Positions 26,844 to 35,070 of a stretch of 64,000 bases of DNA are shown here, piece after piece. Every line of letters starts with the position of its first letter. The stretch's first letter is position 1. This DNA is from a virus, in UHGV virus genome UHGV-1384413; one strand, written 5' to 3'. The position numbers were made by a program, and so were the translations under genes. The notes beneath the pieces are model-generated. The model was not told where the DNA came from, made no database searches, and saw only the letters and a program-made list of their open reading frames with translations.

Positions 26844-27317
26844 ATGGAAACTCAAATTTTAACTCCTTATGCTTATGACCCTAAAAAGGTCAAACTGTAC
26901 CTGATGCAGCAGCGTGTCACTGGCTTCGCTGCTGACACCAAGATCGTTGTTTCAAGAAACGAAGACAACATCTACCCTCATGTTGGTGTGGATGGCGAAA
27001 TGTCTGCAGCCCTGTCTCGTAACCAATCTGGTGTTATGACTGTGTCTTTGCAGAACACTTCTGTATGGAACGCCTACCTTTCTGACTGGCAGAAACAGGC
27101 ATCTATTACTGGTCTGGTATTCTTCCCGGTTCTGCTGGAAGGTAGCCAGGGTCCTGGTATTGCTACAATCGGTTGGATCCAAAAACAGCCAGACCTCACT
27201 TACGGAACCGAAGTAGGTCAGCTGGACTGGGATATCGGTATTCTGGATGCATGGCTCAACCGTGACAACATCACTGGTGCTCTCACTGGCCTCGCAGGTC
27301 TTGCAGGTATTATCTAA
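26844..27317 (+). CDS. tail tube protein (putative)
   Basis: 157 aa directly after the sheath candidate; terminator follows. Confidence 0.4.
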   Translation: METQILTPYAYDPKKVKLYLMQQRVTGFAADTKIVVSRNEDNIYPHVGVDGEMSAALSRNQSGVMTVSLQNTSVWNAYLSDWQKQASITGLVFFPVLLEGSQGPGIATIGWIQKQPDLTYGTEVGQLDWDIGILDAWLNRDNITGALTGLAGLAGII

Positions 27318-27335
27318 GGGCACACTTTAGTATAA

Positions 27336-27366
27336 GCCTCACCTTCGGGTGGGGCTTTTTGCTTTT
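27336..27366 (+). terminator. rho-independent terminator
   Basis: gcctcacc-ttcg-ggtggggc then TTTTTGCTTTT. Confidence 0.7.
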
Positions 27367-27407
27367 ATGGTTTTGACAAACTCTTTTGGATTGCTTGAAA
27401 GGTTAAA

Positions 27408-27437
27408 TTGACAATGCACCATAATCATGGTAAAATA
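27408..27437 (+). promoter_or_regulatory. sigma70 promoter with extended -10
   Basis: TTGACA 27408-27413, 17 bp, TGGTAAAATA 27428-27437. Confidence 0.55.
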
Positions 27438-27479
27438 CACAAATATGGTGCACAACATGACTAATAAGGATGCTATAAA

Positions 27480-27953
27480 ATGGCTATAAACTTTAGACCT
27501 ACAACAGAGATTGATTTAGCAGGGCACAACTTTGTGATCACCCACTGGGGACCGATGAAAGCAATGAAAAACATGCCTAAAATCGGTAAGATTGTAGCTG
27601 TCCCGCTAGGAGCTGTCGGCGGATCTATTCTCTCAGGTGGTCAGAATATGGCAGAGGTCCTTCCTACAGCCCTGGCTTACCTGTTTCAAGAACTTGATGA
27701 TAACTCTATTGAAGAGTTATTTAAAATCTTGTTCGAAGATATTACCGTGGATGGTGTGGATAAGCTTAACCCTGATGTTGTGTTTGCAGGGCATCTGCTG
27801 GAGATGATTAAGCTGGCAGGTAAGGTTCTGGAGGTTAACTACGGCTGTTTTTTCACACAAGACGGTTTAGGAAGCCTTCTGGAGATGTTACAGCAGATGG
27901 GTATGATCCAGCAGGTGAACAATCTGGATCAGGCTCCGGAAGAGCAGGAATAA
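27480..27953 (+). CDS. tail assembly chaperone
   Basis: 157 aa immediately upstream of the tape measure gene; acidic C-terminus; contains slippery heptamer T TTT TTC. Confidence 0.45.
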   Translation: MAINFRPTTEIDLAGHNFVITHWGPMKAMKNMPKIGKIVAVPLGAVGGSILSGGQNMAEVLPTALAYLFQELDDNSIEELFKILFEDITVDGVDKLNPDVVFAGHLLEMIKLAGKVLEVNYGCFFTQDGLGSLLEMLQQMGMIQQVNNLDQAPEEQE

Positions 27954-28213
27954 GCAAGGTTGTTGTGAGGGCCAGTGAGTGGGCAGCCAAGAACAGTTCA
28001 CTTAACTGGTTCGACTTTCTTTGGTGCAGGGTGCTCAAGAATTTCAAAGGGGAAAATTTTGAATCGCTAAATCTTGCAGATATGGCGTATTTCCTGAAAC
28101 TCTGTGAGTATCTTGATATCGAAGAATTCCTAGATACCGTCCAAAACAGGGAAATGGAGCGGGAGCAGAAGGCTGCCGCAGCTGCTGCGAAAGCTAAGCG
28201 CAGGAGAGGATAA
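27848..28213 (+). CDS. -1 frameshift extension of the tail assembly chaperone (G/GT-like product)
   Basis: -1 frame open from 27824 to 28213, overlapping the 3' end of the 27480 ORF; slippery site 27848-27854 in the zero frame; ends in an Ala/Lys/Arg-rich tail. Confidence 0.4.
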   Translation, partial: FFHTRRFRKPSGDVTADGYDPAGEQSGSGSGRAGISKVVVRASEWAAKNSSLNWFDFLWCRVLKNFKGENFESLNLADMAYFLKLCEYLDIEEFLDTVQNREMEREQKAAAAAAKAKRRRG

Positions 28214-28218
28214 TCTAA

Positions 28219-28253
28219 GGGCCGGATTCCTTTTCTGGGATCTGGCCCTTTTT
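28219..28253 (+). terminator. hairpin terminator or attenuator
   Basis: gggcc..ggccc stem then TTTTTATT. Confidence 0.4.
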
Positions 28254-28267
28254 ATTATGAGGAAAGC

Positions 28268-30604
28268 ATGGCTACAAACAAAATAGTTGCCACAACAGTC
28301 AACAAGATTGGCTTTGAGATAGAGAACTCCTCCTACAAAAAAGCTGTAGAGAAAATTCGCAGTATTGGGAGAGAGTTCAGGAAACTGGGCGAGGATTTTA
28401 ACTCAGCCAACCCAATGAGTAGATGGCAGGCAGTGGCTGTTAAAACCCAGCAAACAATGCAGCGGGTTGCCAGACAGCAATCTCAGGCAAATGCTAAATT
28501 GCACAGGGAGAGCGTAACACAAGCCAAGAAAGAGGCTGCAGTAAGGGCTGCAATAGAACGTAGGGAGAACGCGAGACGTAAACAAGCTGTAGGTAATCTT
28601 ACCGCTAAAAATCCAGAAATGGCTAGGATGCGTAAGTTCTACCAGCAGCAAGCTAAAGAGGCCAAAAAGGCTGCCAAATCTGCACCAGTGTCTTACGGAG
28701 GTTATAAGGCACCTAAGGCAAGAGTTTTGGCTAATGCCAAATCTTTCAAATATATCCCCGGTAACCCTAACATGGGTGGTGTGGCTTCCGACCCTAATCT
28801 TGTGAAAGCTCAGACAGCGGCTATGAACCGTTACCATAGGCAGCTAAGAAGGGACAGTAAAGCTGGTATGGATAATAGGCTTATGTCGGATCGTGAGGCA
28901 AGAAGAACCCACCTCTACAACTCTGCGATAAGACTTTCTGCCAAGTATGGGGCTGGATTCCGTGGAAGCTTGCCAGGATACTCAGAGTTAGAGTCCAGGT
29001 TTGCTCGCGGAGAGATGAAAAAGTCAACCTTTAACGCCCACCTGTCAGCTCTGCAGTCTGGGTTTAAAAGCGCCACCAGCCAAACGCTTACACTAGGCGA
29101 TGCCCTGAGAGACTTACGTAGATCTGTTATTAATGCAACAGCTGCGTATACAGCTTTTTCTGGATTTGCTGCGGTGAACAGATCCGGTCACATGATGGAG
29201 GGGGCAAGTGCTGCTCTTACTGCTGTTACTGGAGATCCAAACAAAGCCAACAGTGAAGTTGCGTTTGTCCAGCAGGAGGCTATGCGTCTTGGTTTTGATC
29301 TCAAATCTGGTCTTCAGGGTTATTCTCAGATGGCGGTGAACGCCAAAAATCAGATGACGAACCAAGAGGTCCATGAGCTATTCTCTGCATACTCACAGTA
29401 TGCTGCTGCTTATGGTGCCGATGAGGTAAAATACCAGCGCGGTATTATGGCAATCCAGCAAATGCTCGGTAAAGGGCAGGTAATGTCAGAAGAACTTAAG
29501 CAACAGCTTGCTGAGGCGTTACCTGGGGCATATGAACCTTTCATCAAGGCCACCAAAGAGGCTTTTGGTCTTTCTGAACTCTCCATGGATCAGTTCATGG
29601 ACATGATGAAGAAAGGTGAGGTTAAAACAGCCAAGATCATGAAGTATGTGGCTAAGTACATGAACGAGGCATCTGCAGCTGGTTATGAGAGAATGCAGAA
29701 GTCTAACGTGCTGGCAGAAAACAGACTGAAAACCTTCATCGAACTGTCCCGTCAGAAACTGTTCACCCGTTGGGCTGACGAACTAACAGAGTTCTATTAT
29801 ACACTGATTCGCACTGGTGAGACTTTGCAATTTGTGTGGGATGCCTCTGGTGATTTTGTTAGCGGGTTTGTGAGAGGTCTCAACTGGGTAGTTGGTGAAC
29901 TAAACAATACCATAGTCAAGATCCGCCTGTTTTTCCTTGAATGGGGGATTAAATGGGGATTCATAACAGCTAAGACGAAGGAATATTCTGAAGAGCTTCA
30001 TGACACCTTTAGTTATGCTAAATGGGCAGGGTTTGCTGCTGCCATCATGCTGGTCGTCAACGCCCTAACAAAAGGTTTTGTCATGGCATCTATGCTTGTA
30101 AAAACCTTTAAATTCCTTAGCTCTATAAGAGGCGCAGCTGGAGCAGCAGGTGCAGCTACTGCAGAAGGATCTGGTGGTGGTGGCGCGGCAGGAAAAGGTG
30201 GAGGTGGCCTCAAGACACCTGGTGGTAAAGTTGGCCTGCTTGGTAAGCTGGGTATTATCGGTACAATATTGAGCGCCGGGGAGTTATTTAATGACCGTTT
30301 CAACCCACTGAGTGAGAGAAATCAGCAACTGGATACTATCAGCGATATGATTCGCAAAGATATCATATCTGGAGGTAACGGGTTTGTTGATCCTTTGGAC
30401 ACCTTACCGGGCGGTACTCTTCCGTTGCCGGGTGGCCCTGGTTTTGCTTCTCAATTAAGAACTATGGAAATGCTCCCTTTAGAGATTAGTGATGGGAAAA
30501 TCACGATTTCAATAGATGAGGGTGAGTTTAGCAAAATACTTGATGCAAAACTTGAGTGGGAGAACAACAAAGATATTAACTTTATGTCAACAGATCTTTG
30601 GTAA
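28268..30604 (+). CDS. tail tape measure protein
   Basis: 778 aa, Ala/Gln/Lys-rich helical N-terminal half, Gly-rich hydrophobic segment AAGAAGAATAEGSGGGGAAGKGGGG; follows the chaperone pair. Confidence 0.6.
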   Translation: MATNKIVATTVNKIGFEIENSSYKKAVEKIRSIGREFRKLGEDFNSANPMSRWQAVAVKTQQTMQRVARQQSQANAKLHRESVTQAKKEAAVRAAIERRENARRKQAVGNLTAKNPEMARMRKFYQQQAKEAKKAAKSAPVSYGGYKAPKARVLANAKSFKYIPGNPNMGGVASDPNLVKAQTAAMNRYHRQLRRDSKAGMDNRLMSDREARRTHLYNSAIRLSAKYGAGFRGSLPGYSELESRFARGEMKKSTFNAHLSALQSGFKSATSQTLTLGDALRDLRRSVINATAAYTAFSGFAAVNRSGHMMEGASAALTAVTGDPNKANSEVAFVQQEAMRLGFDLKSGLQGYSQMAVNAKNQMTNQEVHELFSAYSQYAAAYGADEVKYQRGIMAIQQMLGKGQVMSEELKQQLAEALPGAYEPFIKATKEAFGLSELSMDQFMDMMKKGEVKTAKIMKYVAKYMNEASAAGYERMQKSNVLAENRLKTFIELSRQKLFTRWADELTEFYYTLIRTGETLQFVWDASGDFVSGFVRGLNWVVGELNNTIVKIRLFFLEWGIKWGFITAKTKEYSEELHDTFSYAKWAGFAAAIMLVVNALTKGFVMASMLVKTFKFLSSIRGAAGAAGAATAEGSGGGGAAGKGGGGLKTPGGKVGLLGKLGIIGTILSAGELFNDRFNPLSERNQQLDTISDMIRKDIISGGNGFVDPLDTLPGGTLPLPGGPGFASQLRTMEMLPLEISDGKITISIDEGEFSKILDAKLEWENNKDINFMSTDLW

Positions 30605-30617
30605 CAAACAGCACACA

Positions 30618-30641
30618 GGGGGCTCCGGCCCCCTTTATTTT
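30618..30641 (+). terminator. rho-independent terminator
   Basis: gggggc-tccg-gccccc then TTTATTTT. Confidence 0.7.
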
Positions 30642-30668
30642 ATCGGTGTTGTAAAAACGGCTATTTTA

Positions 30669-30677
30669 TGATACAAT
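30669..30677 (+). promoter_or_regulatory. extended -10 promoter element TGATACAAT
   Basis: Identical 9-mer at 12264; about 35 bp upstream of ATG 30711. Confidence 0.35.
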
Positions 30678-30710
30678 ATTTAGATGGTATCGGAGTGTCC
30701 TGGAGAGGTT

Positions 30711-31595
30711 ATGCCAAGCAATATAGTTGATGAAAAAGACCTGTACAAGCCTCAAGAGGTTAAATCTCCAAAGGCTGAAAAGGCAGAGCAGCAAACTGAA
30801 AGCGATGTAAAGTACACTATGTTTGTCAGCGGTCTTAACTATGGTGGTCGCAATACGGAGATGAAGGGTAAAAACTTTACTAACGATCTTGCCATTATCT
30901 TCGATCAGGTTGAGAACTACTCTTTCAAACATTCTGTTGATAAAACTGGTTTTGCAGTGGAAGATAAATCTACCATGTCAGACCACGCTGTAATTAAAGA
31001 TGGTGTATTTTCTTTTACTGGTAGAGTAAATACATCTCCACATATAATTTATGAGCAAAACTACATTGATAGGAATACTGACTCTAAAAACCCTGCAGCA
31101 TCTATGCGACCAGGCGCTGCATTGGAGGCTTTGACTGAGATTATCAATAAGCGACAGTTGGTTTCTTTGGTTACCGAGGAGAGACTCCTTGAGAACTACA
31201 TCATAACCAGTCTTTCTGCCAACAAGTCTGCTGGTGAAGGCGCTGCAATGGTGTTTGATGTAGAGCTTACAGAGTTCCGCACATTCTACTTGAATAAGGT
31301 TGTTAATGCAACTGTATACAGCAATCCTAAGAAAGTAGGCAAGACCCAGCAAAAAGGCGCTGTCAACGATTGTAAGAATGGCAGTAACGTGGGTAACAAA
31401 AGGGACACAGGAGCATTTGCAGACACTGCATCCACAAATGCCGCAGAAGAGTGGCAGCCATACAAATCTATGATGTGGACAGATGAAAACGGTGTCACCC
31501 AATCTGCTGCGGATTGGTACTATCAGGAGTATGGAAGACCTTCTACCATAGTCCCATCTGAGCAGGGAAACTACAACAAAGTTAACGGAAAATAA
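30711..31595 (+). CDS. tail/baseplate protein
   Basis: 294 aa from ATG 30711 with RBS ggagagg; track start 30684 rejected. Confidence 0.4.
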   Translation: MPSNIVDEKDLYKPQEVKSPKAEKAEQQTESDVKYTMFVSGLNYGGRNTEMKGKNFTNDLAIIFDQVENYSFKHSVDKTGFAVEDKSTMSDHAVIKDGVFSFTGRVNTSPHIIYEQNYIDRNTDSKNPAASMRPGAALEALTEIINKRQLVSLVTEERLLENYIITSLSANKSAGEGAAMVFDVELTEFRTFYLNKVVNATVYSNPKKVGKTQQKGAVNDCKNGSNVGNKRDTGAFADTASTNAAEEWQPYKSMMWTDENGVTQSAADWYYQEYGRPSTIVPSEQGNYNKVNGK

Positions 31596-31606
31596 GGGGG
31601 CGTGCA

Positions 31607-31987
31607 ATGGAGCTTAAAGATTGGTGCATAATCACCTTTGTGTGGGACATTGACGGCTTTCCTGATCAAACCATGCGTGTTGTTTTAGACAATGAAACAT
31701 ATGAAATGCGTATGCAATGGAATGAGAGGGATGAGTCTTGGTGGTTATCCCTTGGTCCGGTAGGTGACAGCCCTTTAGTAACCAGAAAAGTAACAGCTTG
31801 TCAAGATATCTTAGACGGACTGCATTACAGAGACGATTTACCGAAAGGTAGATTGATGGCGCTGTCGTTTAAAGATGATCAATATTGGGGCAGGGTTGGA
31901 AGATACAACCTTGGAGCAAGATCCGAGCTACAGCTTGTATACGGCACCCCAGTTGATCTTTACAAGGAACAGCAAGGGTTAGAATAA
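31607..31987 (+). CDS. baseplate or tail protein
   Basis: 126 aa, coupled to neighbours. Confidence 0.35.
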   Translation: MELKDWCIITFVWDIDGFPDQTMRVVLDNETYEMRMQWNERDESWWLSLGPVGDSPLVTRKVTACQDILDGLHYRDDLPKGRLMALSFKDDQYWGRVGRYNLGARSELQLVYGTPVDLYKEQQGLE

Positions 31988-32985
31988 TGGCAGAGTACAG
32001 ACGTAGAACATGGCGATTATTATTTGGTCGTCCTGTAGAACATGGCGGTAAATCAAAAACCAATATCCCAAAATCTGTTGAAAAGAAAGGAGAGAGTGAT
32101 TCCGGAGTTTATGAGATTAGCTCTGACACTGGTGCTGCCAATATCGAGTTTGACATACAAAAGGACAATACCAAAGAGCCAAACAAAGGCTATGTGACAG
32201 TTTACAACCTGTCTGACGATACAGTTAACTATTTAGATATGCATCAAGCTGATGCTCTTGCAGTTATGTTTGAGGCTGGCTATGATAATGAGAACCAGTT
32301 GATATTCTCCGGAACTGTAGAGTTTGTTGAGGACAGATGGGAAGGTCCGACCAGAAAAACTAAGTTCATCTTTGGGGATGGTACTGAGAACATCATTAAG
32401 TGCCAAAGCACAAGGTCTTATCAGAAAGGCACACCTCTGAACTCTGTGCTTAATGACCTGCTGAAGGATATGAACTTGCCAAAAGGTAGGGTTGTTGGTT
32501 TTGGAAACCAGACTTTACAATACTCTATGGCTTTCTCTGGGAACACTGCAGAGAACCTCCGCAGGTTTGCAAGGCTGACAAACTCAACATTCAGCGTTCA
32601 GGACGGTGCTCTATATTGGACCAAGGTTGGAAAAAGGTTCAAGGACTCTGTATTTGAAATAAGTGCAGAGTCTGGGATGCACGGATCACCCACACCTAAA
32701 AACCCAGAACCTGCTAAAAAACGAAAAGCTAAAGCTGCTGCGAAAGGTGGCACAAGTAAGAAAAAGAAAAACCCGAGAGAGGATGTTGGTCTTACTGTAA
32801 CCACATGTCTTAACGGAGCTATCCTCCCAGAGTCCACCATTTATCTTAAAAGCAGGCAATACACAGGCTTCTATAAGGTGATCACAGTCCATCATAAGGG
32901 CACCATAGAAGGTGGTGATTACACTACAGAGCTTGGCCTTGGGGAAACAATAGGTGGAGTTGTTGACAAAACTGAGGAGGTATAA
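31987..32985 (+). CDS. baseplate hub-region protein (putative)
   Basis: 332 aa; Lys-rich flexible linker PAKKRKAKAAAKGGTSKKKKNPRE; position between tape measure and spike. Confidence 0.4.
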   Translation: MAEYRRRTWRLLFGRPVEHGGKSKTNIPKSVEKKGESDSGVYEISSDTGAANIEFDIQKDNTKEPNKGYVTVYNLSDDTVNYLDMHQADALAVMFEAGYDNENQLIFSGTVEFVEDRWEGPTRKTKFIFGDGTENIIKCQSTRSYQKGTPLNSVLNDLLKDMNLPKGRVVGFGNQTLQYSMAFSGNTAENLRRFARLTNSTFSVQDGALYWTKVGKRFKDSVFEISAESGMHGSPTPKNPEPAKKRKAKAAAKGGTSKKKKNPREDVGLTVTTCLNGAILPESTIYLKSRQYTGFYKVITVHHKGTIEGGDYTTELGLGETIGGVVDKTEEV

Positions 32986-33662
32986 TGGCAATAAATAGGA
33001 AAGATGCTGCTGTAAGATCCTTTATAGAAAAAATAATGAGGGACTACCACACCAGTATCAGGGCCAGAGTTGTCAGTGTAGATTACAGTATCCCTTCTGC
33101 AGCCGTGCAGCCGATAGCTGAAACCACGTTTGATGACGGAGATGTTGAGAGATACCCTCTTATCTATGATGTTCCAATCCAGGTGATGTCTGCAAACAGT
33201 GGGAAGGCAAGGTTAACACTACCAATTAAGGCTGGGGATGTTGTAGGGTTGCAGTTTTCAGAGAGAAATGAAAACAATAACGATGATCAACAAACTCACG
33301 GCCTATTTCCAGGGTGGGCAATAACCTCTGTTCATTCAGACTCGAATGCTTTGCAGATCGATCCTGATAATGTAGAGTTATGGAATGATAGGGTTTATTT
33401 TAAGCTAACACCCTCTGGTGATTTTGAGCTTCAAACACCTGGTGGGACATTACGGTGCGACAGTAGCGGGGAGTTTTCTTTCACCAACGGGGCTGCCAAT
33501 TTACGAGCTGCTGTGGATGGAAATATTAGAATGAATGGTGCCACAATAGACCCATCAGGTAGAATTATAACGGCTGCTGGTGTGGATTTGGACTCATTCT
33601 ATGCAGAATATAAAGGTCATACCCACTCTTGCCCTGATGGCGAGACAAGTGGACCGCACTAA
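32985..33662 (+). CDS. baseplate spike protein (P2 gpV / Mu gp45-like)
   Basis: 225 aa; C-terminal apex motif YKGHTHSCPDGETSGPH resembles the His-containing tip of gpV-type spikes. Confidence 0.6.
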   Translation: MAINRKDAAVRSFIEKIMRDYHTSIRARVVSVDYSIPSAAVQPIAETTFDDGDVERYPLIYDVPIQVMSANSGKARLTLPIKAGDVVGLQFSERNENNNDDQQTHGLFPGWAITSVHSDSNALQIDPDNVELWNDRVYFKLTPSGDFELQTPGGTLRCDSSGEFSFTNGAANLRAAVDGNIRMNGATIDPSGRIITAAGVDLDSFYAEYKGHTHSCPDGETSGPH

Positions 33663-33674
33663 TAGAGGGCTTGA

Positions 33675-34391
33675 ATGGCTACGCTTTATAGTGATATATT
33701 GATGGACCCACAGACAGGTGATTTGGCGATAGACAAAGGTCTTGAGTTGATAGATTCAAACCAAGTAAGTCTGCGCCAGCGCCTGTGGATGAGGTTTAAT
33801 ACATGGAAGGGGAGCTGGTACTTTGATGAGTTGTTTGGCTTCCCTTATATGGACTTTCTCAGTAAGAAGGTCATGAAGACTGTTCTTGATAACAAGATTA
33901 TGGAAGTGGCAAGACAAGAGCCAGATGTGCTAAACATCATAAACTTCCAGTCTACTATGGATCGAAGATCGAGAACATACCAAGCGTTCTTTGAGGTTGT
34001 TACCAAGGAGAACGAGATTGTAAGGCTGGCTTTCGTAGGTCTTGATCAGTTTACCTACCCACAGCCTGATGACGGGGCAACCTCTCTTTGTGATGATGAA
34101 GGTTGGATTAAGTGGGCTAATAAACTGTACTACCTGATCAACTTCAGATTGCCTAGAACTGGAGATGCTACGTGGTGGAACCAGTATGCTGGTCCTGAGA
34201 TGGAAAACCCGATCCCTGTAGGTTCTCTGTTGACTCAGGATAAAGATCTGCTGATGACTGATGCAGAACAAACCATTAACCGCAATACCTGGACGCTTGC
34301 TCCAGATGAGCGCGAATATTCTGGTGTTATTGCTACCTCTAATGATGAGGCTATTGCCAACCAGTCTGGTCGTGCTATTGATGTTAACTAA
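33675..34391 (+). CDS. baseplate wedge protein with gp25/gpW-like N-terminal domain
   Basis: 238 aa; N-terminus MATLYSDILMDPQTGDL..GSWYFDELFGFPY parallels T4 gp25 (LYSDIDPE..FDPEFG) as recalled from memory. Confidence 0.55.
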   Translation: MATLYSDILMDPQTGDLAIDKGLELIDSNQVSLRQRLWMRFNTWKGSWYFDELFGFPYMDFLSKKVMKTVLDNKIMEVARQEPDVLNIINFQSTMDRRSRTYQAFFEVVTKENEIVRLAFVGLDQFTYPQPDDGATSLCDDEGWIKWANKLYYLINFRLPRTGDATWWNQYAGPEMENPIPVGSLLTQDKDLLMTDAEQTINRNTWTLAPDEREYSGVIATSNDEAIANQSGRAIDVN

Positions 34392-34400
34392 GGAGAAATC

Positions 34401-35069
34401 ATGGCTGTAGCTTATCCTACAATACCAATCCCAGATCTTGAAGATGCAGAAACAGTCTTGAGTGATGACTTCTTGGTTGTCAACCAGACTGACGGGACAA
34501 GAAAGGCTAAGATTGATGATGTTGTCAATGATCTTAGCATTACTAAAATAGTTTATTTCACAGAGGGCGGTTATCTTAAGAGCAAGAAGGATTTTGCTTA
34601 TGATCCGGAAACTAAGCGCTACTACACATGGAATGGAGATTATCCTAAAATAATCCTCCCAGATTCCACTGTAGAGGGTGCCGGAGGTGTGTCTGCAAAA
34701 GCATGGTCTGTTTTTGGAGAGCTTGCTGCAACTTCTTCAGGTAGGATAGTTGATTACGGCTCTATTGGTGGTCAACTTGACATGGATCTTGACGTTGCAG
34801 ACACGTTTAAAGTTCGGCTCACTTCAAACACCACAATCTCTTTTGAAAATCAAACAGAAGGGCTCGACGGAGTGGCAAGAACTATAACTGTATGCATAAC
34901 GCAGACCTCTGGTGGTAACAAAGTTTATTGGCCTGACAATGTTAAATGGGCCTACGGAAGAGATCCTATCCTAACATTTACAGCTGGTGCAACAGACATT
35001 TTCAAGTTGGAAACATATGATAATGGACTAACTTGGTACGGGGCACTGATCATCGCAGGAGCTATCTAA
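34401..35069 (+). CDS. tail fibre or adaptor protein sharing the N-terminal anchor domain with the 37704 fibre
   Basis: 222 aa; N-terminal DDFLVVNQTDGTRKAKIDDVV..FTEGGYL..DFAY parallels DDYLVVQQPDLTRRVKIGDVV..FKEGGKL..DFAY of the 37704 ORF. Confidence 0.45.
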   Translation: MAVAYPTIPIPDLEDAETVLSDDFLVVNQTDGTRKAKIDDVVNDLSITKIVYFTEGGYLKSKKDFAYDPETKRYYTWNGDYPKIILPDSTVEGAGGVSAKAWSVFGELAATSSGRIVDYGSIGGQLDMDLDVADTFKVRLTSNTTISFENQTEGLDGVARTITVCITQTSGGNKVYWPDNVKWAYGRDPILTFTAGATDIFKLETYDNGLTWYGALIIAGAI

Positions 35070-35070
35070 G

